A DNA stretch of 64,000 nt from Bacteroidia bacterium (GTDB lineage Bacteria > Bacteroidota > Bacteroidia > UBA7662): contig JBMOHV010000001.1 of assembly GCA_049317645.1 (NCBI GenBank), forward strand, positions 975 through 64,974, written 5' to 3'. A program made the position numbers and the translations under genes. Shown here piece after piece: positions 48,780 to 57,582 of this stretch; position 1 is the first letter of the stretch, and each line of letters begins with the position of its first letter. The notes under the pieces were generated by a model. That model saw nothing but the letters and a program-made list of their open reading frames with translations, was not told where the DNA came from and made no database searches.

Positions 48780-50195
48780 TTAAGGAAAAACTCCCAAAGA
48801 CTCGTAAGAACGGGCGATTTTTCGGATGGCCACCACATAAGCAGCGGTCCGAAAATCCGGAATAGCCGGAAATTCCAACCGTGCGGCTCGAATTTGCCGG
48901 TAGGCTTCGACCATGGTGTCTTCAAGTCCAGAATATACAAAATCCAATTCTTCGGCACCACGCCCGATAAGGTCCTTCCGAGTTTTGTCCAGGGTTTGAC
49001 CGGTCATGCTTTCAACCGCATCAATGATATTGTTATTCAATTTTTCATCAAAGCGCTTGCCTAGCCGGCCAAAACGAACATGAGATAGGTTCTTGAGCCA
49101 CTCAAAATACGAAACCGTAACACCGCCAGCGTTGAGGTACATATCCGGTATCACCACAATACCACGCTCATTCAAAATATCCACTGCTTCGGCGGTTACC
49201 GGGCCATTAGCCGCTTCCGCAACAATGCGGGCTCGAATCAAAGGAGCATTTCCAGCGTGTATAACATTTTCAAGAGCAGCCGGAATCAACAAATCACATT
49301 CCAATTCCAACGCCTCTTCGGAATGACGAAGGTTGGTGGCCCCTTCAAAGTCCAAAAGACTTCCATGAATCCGACGATGAGCCATCACGGCCTCCAAGTC
49401 CAACCCTTCAGCACTATAAATAGCCCCTTCACGCTCAGCCAAACCTACCAAAATGGCCCCTCCCTCCACAAAATACTTGGCCGCATGGTAACCGACGTTG
49501 CCCAAACCCTGAACGACCACTCGCTTGCCATGCAAACCAGGAGTCATACCCCAAGCCTTCATGTCCTCCTCGTACGAACACACTTCGCGCATCCCGTAAA
49601 AGACCCCCAGACCGGTGGCCTCTTTGCGACCAACAATCCCACCTTGGGTGACTGGCTTGCCGGTTACGCAGGCCATGGCATCGATATGCCCGGAATGAAA
49701 GGTCGAGTAGGTGTCCATAATCCAACTCATTTCACGTTCACCTGTGCCGTAATCCGGGGCTGGAACATCCACTCCCGGGCCAATAAAGTTTTTGCGTATC
49801 AATTCAGTGGTATAGCGACGGGTAATCCGTTCCAATTGATCCACCGTAAATTGAGATGGATCGATGGCGACTGCGCCTTTGGCACCTCCAAAGGGCACAT
49901 CCACAATGGCGCATTTGTAGGTCATCAAAGCGGCCAAAGCCATGACTTCGTTTTCGCTCACGTGAGGCGCAAAGCGTATGCCCCCCTTGGTTGGCAACCG
50001 ATGATGGGAATGTTCAACGCGATAAGCCTCAATGACTTGAATCCCATCCTCCATGCGAACCGGGAACCGCATTTTGTAAACACTGTTGCACTGCCGAATT
50101 TGTTCGGCCAGGCCAGGAGGTACGTTCAGAATAGCAACGGCTTTGTCAAAATTCCGAACAACATCTTCGAAAAATCCAGGGGTTTCATTGTTCAT
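48780..50195 (-). CDS. gdhA: Glu/Leu/Phe/Val-family amino-acid dehydrogenase (probable glutamate dehydrogenase)
   Basis: K-GG-R substrate motif (HRLPTKGGIRF), catalytic Lys loop (VPFGGAKGA) and Rossmann motif (VVVQGLGNVGYHAA). ATG at 50195 overlaps the ccmD stop by 11 nt. Confidence 0.7.
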   Translation of the reverse strand: MNNETPGFFEDVVRNFDKAVAILNVPPGLAEQIRQCNSVYKMRFPVRMEDGIQVIEAYRVEHSHHRLPTKGGIRFAPHVSENEVMALAALMTYKCAIVDVPFGGAKGAVAIDPSQFTVDQLERITRRYTTELIRKNFIGPGVDVPAPDYGTGEREMSWIMDTYSTFHSGHIDAMACVTGKPVTQGGIVGRKEATGLGVFYGMREVCSYEEDMKAWGMTPGLHGKRVVVQGLGNVGYHAAKYFVEGGAILVGLAEREGAIYSAEGLDLEAVMAHRRIHGSLLDFEGATNLRHSEEALELECDLLIPAALENVIHAGNAPLIRARIVAEAANGPVTAEAVDILNERGIVVIPDMYLNAGGVTVSYFEWLKNLSHVRFGRLGKRFDEKLNNNIIDAVESMTGQTLDKTRKDLIGRGAEELDFVYSGLEDTMVEAYRQIRAARLEFPAIPDFRTAAYVVAIRKIARSYESLGVFP

Positions 50196-50451
50196 TAAAT
50201 GAGTGTTTTGGGGCGGATTGGTTTGCATTCTTGGATTCCCAGCGGGACAATCGGCGATCCAGATTCCAAAGGAACACAAAAAGTCCGGCCTGAATAAGGA
50301 GGACCACGGCCAGAACGACATAGATCTTGCCGTTGCTTCGCATCATGTCTGCCATTTCAACCCCGGAAGTCTCCGAAGGGCCCGATGAAGTGCCCAGCGA
50401 AACCTGCAAGGTCTGCCATGAATTCCACACCATTAAACAAAAGGACAACAT
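50185..50451 (-). CDS. ccmD: CcmD-family small membrane protein (heme exporter protein D)
   Basis: Conserved core MADMMRSNGKIYVVLAVVLLIQAGLFVFLWNLDRRLSRWE (single TM). The long form starts at ATG 50451, 10 nt after the ccmC stop; the alternative internal start is at 50355. Confidence 0.55.
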   Translation of the reverse strand: MLSFCLMVWNSWQTLQVSLGTSSGPSETSGVEMADMMRSNGKIYVVLAVVLLIQAGLFVFLWNLDRRLSRWESKNANQSAPKHSFNEQ

Positions 50452-50461
50452 AGAAAACGGT

Positions 50462-51160
50462 TTAGGGTTTGGAGAGAGGAAGAGGGGCCCTGTTGGTGAG
50501 GATTCGGTAACGAGCCCATAAATTGGCCAGCCACCACCCTGTCAAGGTCCATCCAAGAACCGCTGGATAGAATACCCAACGCATACGGCCATCCAAATCG
50601 TACGCCGAAAAACCAGGGTTGCCCCCATTGCCCGGGTGCAGGGAATCGGTGAGCCGGGGAAGGATAAAGAGCAAGGGGATCAAACAAAAAAACGCCAACA
50701 CATTGTAAACAGCCGCCATGCGGGCTCGGCGTTGGGCATCCTCAAACGAAGAGCGCAAAACCATGTAGGCCAAATACAAGAGCAAGCCGACGGCGGAAGC
50801 GTTTTGCTTGGGGTCCCCGCTCCACCAGGCACCCCAGGTAAACTGGGCCCAAACCATGCCTGTTACGAGTCCCAAGAAACCGAACAAAAGACCCACCAGG
50901 CCCAGAGAATGCGCCTGGGTATCGTCGGTGGATTGTTGAAACAACAGATAACGAACCGAATAAACGGCGGACCCCAGCAGCATCAACAACATCCCAAACC
51001 ACATCGGAACGTGAAAATACAGATTGCGAACCGACTCATTCAGAATCACCTTGCGGGGAACATCGCCCATCCAACCCATCCAAAAGCTATAAAACAAAAG
51101 CAAGACCGCCATCCATTTAAGGGCCGGATGCAGGGATTTGGGTGCAAGCGATGCGTTCAT
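50462..51160 (-). CDS. ccmC: Heme exporter protein C (cytochrome c-type biogenesis protein CcmC)
   Basis: LHPALKWMAVLL N-terminus, the WGxxWxWD-type tryptophan-rich region (WAQFTWGAWWSGDPKQN) and six TM helices. Confidence 0.8.
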   Translation of the reverse strand: MNASLAPKSLHPALKWMAVLLLFYSFWMGWMGDVPRKVILNESVRNLYFHVPMWFGMLLMLLGSAVYSVRYLLFQQSTDDTQAHSLGLVGLLFGFLGLVTGMVWAQFTWGAWWSGDPKQNASAVGLLLYLAYMVLRSSFEDAQRRARMAAVYNVLAFFCLIPLLFILPRLTDSLHPGNGGNPGFSAYDLDGRMRWVFYPAVLGWTLTGWWLANLWARYRILTNRAPLPLSKP

Positions 51161-51192
51161 AGGAGCAGCCTTGGACGGCCGGTTCAAAGATA

Positions 51193-51861
51193 TCAATCCC
51201 TCCAAAGAAAAGGGAAAAGAAGGACTCCAAGTGCCAACAACATGAGATTTAGTCCCACCAATGCCCCGGCATAGGTCCAGGCCAAATCCCGGGACAATCC
51301 GTCCAAGGCCAATTTGGAAAGCCGGTGAACCAACAGAAGACCGGGGACCAACAAAGGAAAGCCAAGCACCGGCATCAATTGGGCCGGTTGGCTGGCCCCT
51401 TGGGACATGGCCGATACCAAGGTCAAGACCGTGACCAACATGGGGGCCCCCAACAAGAGGGTCAAGACAAAGAGCCCCGTGTCTTGGATTGGATAACCCA
51501 TCCACAGGGCCATGAGCACCGCACAAAACCCCATGAGAACCCAAAGCATGAGGGTTCCGGTCATGACTTTGGTCAACCACCAGGCCACCCCGGGAACACT
51601 GACTCGGTAATAAAGGTGCAGGCCCTTGCTCTGCCCCAGAAAACTTCTTGAAACCGTATAAATCGAAACAAAAAGCACCAACAACCAGTAAAAAGTCAGC
51701 CAGGCAGCGGGACCCACCGGGCGCAAAAGAAGCTGTGCGGCAAAGACCCCTGCTACCAAATAAAGCAGCGATCCGGCCAAGGCCTGGGCCTGACGGGTTT
51801 CGCGCCGCACATCGTGACCCAAAAGGGCCAGGGCACGGCGGAGGAAGGCTGCTTGCTTCAT
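51193..51861 (-). CDS. ccmB: Heme exporter protein B (ABC transporter permease CcmB)
   Basis: 222 aa, six TM helices, CcmB-like N-terminus (MKQAAFLRRALALLGHDVRRE). ccmA is not adjacent. Confidence 0.7.
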   Translation of the reverse strand: MKQAAFLRRALALLGHDVRRETRQAQALAGSLLYLVAGVFAAQLLLRPVGPAAWLTFYWLLVLFVSIYTVSRSFLGQSKGLHLYYRVSVPGVAWWLTKVMTGTLMLWVLMGFCAVLMALWMGYPIQDTGLFVLTLLLGAPMLVTVLTLVSAMSQGASQPAQLMPVLGFPLLVPGLLLVHRLSKLALDGLSRDLAWTYAGALVGLNLMLLALGVLLFPFLWRD

Positions 51862-51902
51862 GGAACGGGGCTAAATTAACCTTGGTTCACCAGCATCTTT
51901 GC

Positions 51903-53489
51903 ATGATGAGTTCCATCTTCGCCCATTCCCCCCGACCCCTCTCCAAAGTTCTTGTGGCCAATCGGGGTGAAATCGCCTTGCGCATTCTTCGAAGTGCCCG
52001 CGAAGCGGGCCTGGAGACCGTGGCCGTTTATTCAGAGGCCGATCGTTGTGCGCCCCATGTTCGATGGGCGGATTCGGCCTTTTATTTGGGCCCCGCCCCA
52101 TCGTCGGCGTCCTACCTGCGCGGTGAGGCCCTGATTGCCCTGGCCTTGGAACAAGGTTGCCAGGCCCTCCACCCGGGATACGGCTTTCTTTCCGAAAACG
52201 CCGACTTTGCCGAGGCCGTCGAAAAGGCTGGTTTGATTTTGATTGGACCCTCCTCCCAGAGCATCCGGACCATGGGCAACAAGGTGGCTGCCAAACAAGC
52301 CGTGGCCGGCTTTGAGATTCCCTTGGTGCCCGGAACCGATCACCCGGTATCCGACCCTGCAGAGGCCCTCACCATTGCCCAGCAAATTGGCTTTCCCCTT
52401 CTCATCAAAGCCGCTGCCGGCGGTGGAGGCAAAGGAATGCGGATTGTGCATCGCGCAGAGGACCTCGAAGAATCGCTCAGCACCGCCGTTTCCGAAGCTC
52501 GAAGCGCCTTTGGCGATGGTTCGGTTTTCATCGAAAAGTACCTGGAAAACCCCCGCCACATCGAAATCCAAATCCTGGCCGATGCCACGGGACGCACCGT
52601 TCACCTTTTTGAAAGAGAATGCTCGATCCAAAGAAGGCACCAAAAGCTCATCGAAGAAGCCCCCTCCTCCTGCCTCACCCCCGCTCTTCGAGAGGCCATG
52701 GGGCAGGCCGCAGTCCGAGTCGCCAAGGCCTGTCAATACCAAAACGCGGGGACTGTTGAGTTTTTGCTGGACCGTAACAACCAGTTTTATTTCTTGGAAA
52801 TGAACACCCGATTGCAGGTGGAACACCCGGTCACCGAATGCATCACCGGCGTGGATTTGGTGCGTCTTCAATTCCATGTTGCCGCAGGCGAGCCCCTGCC
52901 CTTTGAACAAGAGGACCTCCGTATCCAAGGGCATAGCATTGAACTTCGATTGTGCGCCGAGGATCCTCGCCAACAATTTTTACCAGATCTGGGAACCCTC
53001 ACCCGCTTTCGTCCGCCACAGGGTCCCGGGGTGCGCTTGGACTCCGGGTACGAGGAAGGCATGGAGATCCCAGTTCATTACGACCCCCTGATGGCCAAAC
53101 TGATCGTGCATGCATCGGATCGACCCGCTGCCTTGGCACGGATGCGCAGGGCTTTGGATGAATTTGAATTGGAAGGCTTGGCCTCCACCTTGGAATTTGG
53201 ACGTTGGGTCATGGACCATCCGGCCTTTGTGGAGGGGCAATTTGATACCGGTTTTATTGCCCATTACTTTAAGGGCGCTGAATCCCTGGATGCGCCTCTA
53301 CCAGCCTGGAAAACAGAAGACCCCAGTGCGGATCCAAGTCCCGATTGGTTGGCCTTGAGCGCCATGATTCTCGAAAGTCGTCCTGCTACGAAGAATTCCC
53401 CTTACCAAGTCGACGCCCATAACACATGGAACGCCAACGAGCAAGCGGGGCAGGCTTGGCGAAGGCTTTGGAACCCCACCGGCACCTGA
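51903..53489 (+). CDS. accC: Biotin carboxylase (acetyl/propionyl-CoA carboxylase biotin carboxylase subunit), stand-alone
   Basis: KVLVANRGEIALRI, the ATP-grasp domain, EMNTRLQVEHPVTE and the biotin carboxylase C-terminal domain. There is an extra 80-aa C-terminal tail and no BCCP domain. ATG at 51903. Confidence 0.8.
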   Translation: MMSSIFAHSPRPLSKVLVANRGEIALRILRSAREAGLETVAVYSEADRCAPHVRWADSAFYLGPAPSSASYLRGEALIALALEQGCQALHPGYGFLSENADFAEAVEKAGLILIGPSSQSIRTMGNKVAAKQAVAGFEIPLVPGTDHPVSDPAEALTIAQQIGFPLLIKAAAGGGGKGMRIVHRAEDLEESLSTAVSEARSAFGDGSVFIEKYLENPRHIEIQILADATGRTVHLFERECSIQRRHQKLIEEAPSSCLTPALREAMGQAAVRVAKACQYQNAGTVEFLLDRNNQFYFLEMNTRLQVEHPVTECITGVDLVRLQFHVAAGEPLPFEQEDLRIQGHSIELRLCAEDPRQQFLPDLGTLTRFRPPQGPGVRLDSGYEEGMEIPVHYDPLMAKLIVHASDRPAALARMRRALDEFELEGLASTLEFGRWVMDHPAFVEGQFDTGFIAHYFKGAESLDAPLPAWKTEDPSADPSPDWLALSAMILESRPATKNSPYQVDAHNTWNANEQAGQAWRRLWNPTGT

Positions 53490-53506
53490 AAGCCCCTTCT
53501 TGTTCG

Positions 53507-53514
53507 TACCTTTG
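53507..53514 (+). promoter_or_regulatory. Bacteroidota-type -7 promoter element (TAccTTTG) positioned for a transcript starting at the tmRNA 5' end
   Basis: Exact TAnnTTTG match ending 6 nt before GGGGCUG at 53521. No good -33 TTG element at canonical spacing. Confidence 0.3.
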
Positions 53515-53520
53515 TGACAC

Positions 53521-53889
53521 GGGGCTGAACGGAATCGACAGCTTGTTTAGATGACCCGGTAAGCATGCCGAGCCTGGAATCGTTGCTCGTTAATCCGATG
53601 ATTCAAGCCTTAAACGGCAACTACGACTACGCACTCGCTGCTTAATTCTAGGAATTAGCAAGAGTTGTCTCCGGATAGATGAGCTCACAGGCCTATCCAA
53701 TCGAGGCATCGACCACCGTGAGCTGGTTCTACGGCAGGCTTGACCAAGGAACAAGAACCCTAAAGCCTAAGCGAACACTGCGGCCCGCCTCCCGCCTGGT
53801 GCTCGACCAAAACCAAGGGAACGCTAAGCATGTAGAAAGTCGGGGATCGGCTTGACTGGACCAGGGTTCAACTCCCTGCAGCTCCACAA
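53521..53889 (+). ncRNA. ssrA: Transfer-messenger RNA (tmRNA, SsrA)
   Basis: 5' GGGGCUGAACGGAAUCGAC; 3' T-arm GGGUUCAACUCCC then CAGCUCC-A, complementary to the 5' GGGGCUG. Internal tag frame GGC AAC UAC GAC UAC GCA CUC GCU GCU UAA (…GNYDYALAA, stop at 53643-53645). Length about 366 nt. Confidence 0.85.
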
Positions 53890-53899
53890 CCCGGGGTAT

Positions 53900-53914
53900 C
53901 TGTTCTTGGAACAG
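53900..53914. terminator. Short hairpin (CUGUUC-UUG-GAACAG) between the tmRNA 3' end and the convergent SOUL-gene stop; possible bidirectional terminator
   Basis: 6-bp perfect inverted repeat with a 3-nt loop; no U-tract follows. Confidence 0.2.
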
Positions 53915-53934
53915 GCCCCATGCCATGGAATGAT

Positions 53935-54534
53935 TTAAGGTTTGGAACGGCGCACCTCAAAGGCGACTTCGTTGCGTCGCCCCACCAAGGTCCAAGGGGC
54001 ATTGTAACCCATGTACAGAAAGGGGCCTTGGATGATCCAACCCTCCTTTTTCAAAACGACCTCCAAACGTCGTCGCTGTTTGCGCAATTCTTTGTTCCCC
54101 GCAAAGCCTCCAAAGGCCAAAACAGCCAGGGTGCGGGATGCTTGCATTTCCAAACGAACGCTGCTGTCCAAGGTTGCTGGGAGAGCCTCCAGGCTTCGAT
54201 CAAAAGGCATGTAGAAATACAAAGCAGGGGTATCGCCCATCTCCATCACCACCGGTGCAGTCATGGCCATGGGTTCTTTGGAACGATTCCCCCCAAACAA
54301 GTAACGAGCCACGCGCCGAAATCCTTCGTTCGCAGAGGATCCCAGACTGGCATCGCGCATGGGGGTCTTGGCAATAGCCAAAGCGGGGTACTCCCTTATT
54401 TCAACCCCCTTGTCCAGGAGGGCCACCCTTCGGTACCGAGGCTCGGGAACCCGTTCGGCAGCCCCCAATCGAAAAACCGCCCACAAGAGGAGCAGCCCCA
54501 AAACAAGGGCAAAACCCCAGATCCATTGATTCAT
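53935..54534 (-). CDS. SOUL/HBP-family heme-binding protein, exported
   Basis: Signal peptide. …PRYRRVALLDKGVEIREYPALAIAKT… resembles the SOUL N-terminal pattern. 199 aa. Confidence 0.6.
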   Translation of the reverse strand: MNQWIWGFALVLGLLLLWAVFRLGAAERVPEPRYRRVALLDKGVEIREYPALAIAKTPMRDASLGSSANEGFRRVARYLFGGNRSKEPMAMTAPVVMEMGDTPALYFYMPFDRSLEALPATLDSSVRLEMQASRTLAVLAFGGFAGNKELRKQRRRLEVVLKKEGWIIQGPFLYMGYNAPWTLVGRRNEVAFEVRRSKP

Positions 54535-54598
54535 ATTTATTAAAACTCCAAATTAAGCATTGAATTGCTCGGCCTTGTTTTTTTTAAACAGGCCCTCC

Positions 54599-55447
54599 AT
54601 GCCTATTTTCGGGCTCTTGGAAAAAGTCGCTCCATCCACTCGCAACACCTCCGTCTCGTTTCCTTTGGCCCTTTCGTGGGTTTTGGGTTGGATGGGCACC
54701 CCCTTGTATTTATTAGGTTTTGGGTTAACCGTTTTGGTTTTTGACCCGTTCCTTCGCTTGGGCTACCGTATTGGCGGATACCACGTTCATCAAAACGGCA
54801 TTCGGCTCATGAATCGTTGCCTCTATCAATGTTTGCTTTTGAACGGAGGCCGAATTTCATGGAACACCCACCCAAACCTCCCCCAACCCGGTTCGGCAAC
54901 CGGTACCAAGGTTTTTGTGGCCAACCACCAAAGCCTGAACGATATCCCCCCTTTGATTTGGAAGTTCCGGGCCTTTCAGCCGGTCCTGGTCTCCAAGGCC
55001 GAATTGGCCAGCGGTGTTCCTTCGGTTTCGTACAATTTCAAAACCGGTGGCGTCGTAGCCATCCAACGCAAAAATCCTTCGCAATCTTTGGAAGCCATGC
55101 GGCAATTGGGTGTTCGTATCGCCCAAAGCGGAGAGAGCGTCCTTTATTTCCCCGAAGGAACGCGGTCCCGCGATGGCCGCTTGGGGACCTTCAAAAGCGG
55201 AGGGTTGGATCAATTATTGAAAAGTGTTCCCAACATTGAACTTATTCCCGTGGCCGTGCATCGTTCTTGGGAATTAGCGCGTTGGAACTTCCTGCCTTTG
55301 CCCTTTGGGGTCACCATCCGGTTCGATGTATTGCCGTCGATTCATGCCTCGGCCTTCGAAGGCGATACCACCCTCAAGGCCCGTGCTATGATGCAGGCGG
55401 CCCGACAGTCCATTCATCTTCAAATCCAAAACCAACACGGTTCATGA
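54599..55447 (+). CDS. 1-acyl-sn-glycerol-3-phosphate acyltransferase-like (PlsC/LPLAT family)
   Basis: HX4D-type motif (ANHQSLNDI) and the FPEGTRS motif. Start at MPIFGLLEK. Confidence 0.6.
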   Translation: MPIFGLLEKVAPSTRNTSVSFPLALSWVLGWMGTPLYLLGFGLTVLVFDPFLRLGYRIGGYHVHQNGIRLMNRCLYQCLLLNGGRISWNTHPNLPQPGSATGTKVFVANHQSLNDIPPLIWKFRAFQPVLVSKAELASGVPSVSYNFKTGGVVAIQRKNPSQSLEAMRQLGVRIAQSGESVLYFPEGTRSRDGRLGTFKSGGLDQLLKSVPNIELIPVAVHRSWELARWNFLPLPFGVTIRFDVLPSIHASAFEGDTTLKARAMMQAARQSIHLQIQNQHGS

Positions 55448-57582
55448 AAACTTCCTTCCTTACCTCCGCTGCCTTGGGCTTTCTTTGGATGGTACTGGTC
55501 CCCCAAAGCCTGGTTGCCCGCCCCGATGAGGGCATGTTCCCACCGACCGCGATTAACCGGGATGCCCTTGCCAAAGCCGGCCTGCGCATGGATCCGGAGC
55601 GGATTCTTAGCCTCAGCGATAGCGGTCTCTTACCGGCCTTGGTTCGGGTGGGGGGCTGTTCGGGGGCCTTTGTTTCGGCGCAGGGCTTGCTGATGACCAA
55701 CCATCACTGCGCCTTTGATGCGGTGGCTACGGCCAGTACACCCCAAAACAACCACCTCCAGAACGGTTTCTATGCCAAGGATTTTCGGGAAGAAATTCCG
55801 GCCAAGGGTCTGAGCCTACGTATCACGGTTGGTTTTGAAGATTGCAGCCCTGCGGTCCTCGCGGATTTGCCCGGAAACGACCGTCCGGTTGACCGTCAAA
55901 AGGCCCTCAAGGAACGCATGTCTCGCATCGAAAAAGAGGCTGCCTTGGTGGACAGCACGTTGACGTACGAAGTATCCGAAATGTTTCCCGGCAAATCCTA
56001 CCTGCTGTTCCGCTACCGGACGCTGCGAGATTTACGATTGGTCTATGTTCCTTCCAGAGCCATCGGCGAATTTGGGGGGGAATCGGATAACTGGGTTTGG
56101 CCACGTCATACCGGTGATTATACCTTTTTGAGGGCCTATACCGGGCCCAACGGCGAGAGTCGCACCTATCATCCCGACAATATCCCCTTGGTTCCCACCG
56201 CTTTCCTTCCCTTGGCCTCCCGCCCCCTCCAGGAGGAGGACTTTGTGATGATCATGGGTTATCCTGGACGAACGTTTCGGCATTACCCGGCCTCTTACCT
56301 CCGCTACCAGCAAGAAAAGTTATGGCCCCTAACACGAACCAATTTTGATTGGCTCATCCAACAACTGGAGACGCAGAGCCGTTTGTCAACGGCCGAGGCT
56401 TTGTTATGGTCTTCTCGCATCAAATCCCTGGGTAACACCACCAAAAATTACCGTGGCAAAAGCCAGGGCCTGCAAAGAACCCCCATCCTTGAACAATTTG
56501 AAACCAAGGATCGCCTGGCCCGGTCCTTGGCCAACGTCGAGCAACGTCGTCAGTTGGATCAATTGGATTCGCTGTACGGGATCCTTACGCAACACGCGGA
56601 TTTGCATCTGAATTTTCAGCACCTGCTTTCCCAATCCAGAACCGTTCAATGGCTCATCAAATCCGCTGAAAACCAAAGTAAACCCGATGGACCAGGCCTG
56701 GAAGCATGGGCCAGCGCCAACCGACCCAGCTGGCGTCCTGAATTGGAAGTTCAAGTTTTGAGGTATTTCGTCGCCAAGCATCCGGAACTTCAACCAACCC
56801 CGCAACCCAAGGCCTGGGAGGCCTGGCTGGAACGCCTTGGTTCGACCAAGGATTTCCCCACCTTCAAAGGGAAAAATGCCGAATGGGGCGCGTATTGGTG
56901 GAGTTTATCCCAACGCATCAAAAAAGATCAGGCGGATTGGAGCGCACGGATCAATACGTTGTTACCGATCTTTCTAGACCTACGACTACGGGCCACCGGT
57001 CAAGAACAATTTGTACCGGATGCCAACGGCACGTTGCGCCTGACCTACGGTCGTGTTCAGGGTTACCGACCCGATGACGCGGTTTATCATGAACCTTTCA
57101 CCCATCTCTCGGGTTTATTCCAAAAAGCCGCTTCGGGCCATCCCGATTACCCCTTGGATTCGGCCCTTTGGCGAGCCATCCATTCGTCCAAAGAAATGCA
57201 AGCACCGGTCATCGAAAACAGATTCGGCGATTTGGGCCTTCAGGCGGTCTCGGCAGAGGCCGATCAAACCCGGGTCAAAAAACCTTTGGAATCCCCCGAT
57301 GTCATTCCGGTGGCCTTTCTCTACAATTTGGATACCACGGGAGGCAATTCCGGGTCCCCGGTCATGAACGCCGACGGTGAATTGGTAGGGCTCAATTTTG
57401 ACCGTGCCTTTGGGGCTACCATCAACGATTTTGCTTGGAACAAGGATTACAGTCGTTCCATTGGGGTTGACATTCGTTTTGTGTTGTGGAATCTTCGCCA
57501 TGTGGTTCAAGGCGATCGTTTACTCCAAGAATTATCGCCCAAAAACCACTCATCACTTTCCCCTTCTCCCCCTCAAAAATGA
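55444..57582 (+). CDS. S46-family dipeptidyl-peptidase (DPP7/DPP11-like), secreted
   Basis: Signal peptide. Catalytic His region LMTNHHC, Asp region, catalytic Ser TTGGNSGSPV and helical insert. 712 aa. ATGA overlap with the upstream gene. Confidence 0.8.
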   Translation: MKTSFLTSAALGFLWMVLVPQSLVARPDEGMFPPTAINRDALAKAGLRMDPERILSLSDSGLLPALVRVGGCSGAFVSAQGLLMTNHHCAFDAVATASTPQNNHLQNGFYAKDFREEIPAKGLSLRITVGFEDCSPAVLADLPGNDRPVDRQKALKERMSRIEKEAALVDSTLTYEVSEMFPGKSYLLFRYRTLRDLRLVYVPSRAIGEFGGESDNWVWPRHTGDYTFLRAYTGPNGESRTYHPDNIPLVPTAFLPLASRPLQEEDFVMIMGYPGRTFRHYPASYLRYQQEKLWPLTRTNFDWLIQQLETQSRLSTAEALLWSSRIKSLGNTTKNYRGKSQGLQRTPILEQFETKDRLARSLANVEQRRQLDQLDSLYGILTQHADLHLNFQHLLSQSRTVQWLIKSAENQSKPDGPGLEAWASANRPSWRPELEVQVLRYFVAKHPELQPTPQPKAWEAWLERLGSTKDFPTFKGKNAEWGAYWWSLSQRIKKDQADWSARINTLLPIFLDLRLRATGQEQFVPDANGTLRLTYGRVQGYRPDDAVYHEPFTHLSGLFQKAASGHPDYPLDSALWRAIHSSKEMQAPVIENRFGDLGLQAVSAEADQTRVKKPLESPDVIPVAFLYNLDTTGGNSGSPVMNADGELVGLNFDRAFGATINDFAWNKDYSRSIGVDIRFVLWNLRHVVQGDRLLQELSPKNHSSLSPSPPQK

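Noticed and set aside
53729-53926. 65-aa ORF on the minus strand
   Set aside because: It lies entirely within or over the tmRNA gene, and tmRNA structure explains the region.
53890-54600. Genomic island or integrase at the tmRNA 3' end
   Set aside because: The downstream genes are a SOUL heme-binding protein and a plsC-like acyltransferase. There is no integrase, no direct repeat of the tmRNA 3' end, and no shift in GC.
56074-56080. G7 homopolymer in the S46 peptidase gene (and C6/G6/A8 runs elsewhere, for example 38497-38506 in ftsY) as phase-variation tracts
   Set aside because: At about 60% GC, several mononucleotide runs of 7 are expected by chance in 64 kb, and they fall inside essential or housekeeping genes. 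Only the heptanucleotide (CCCCCCG)3 repeat was kept.
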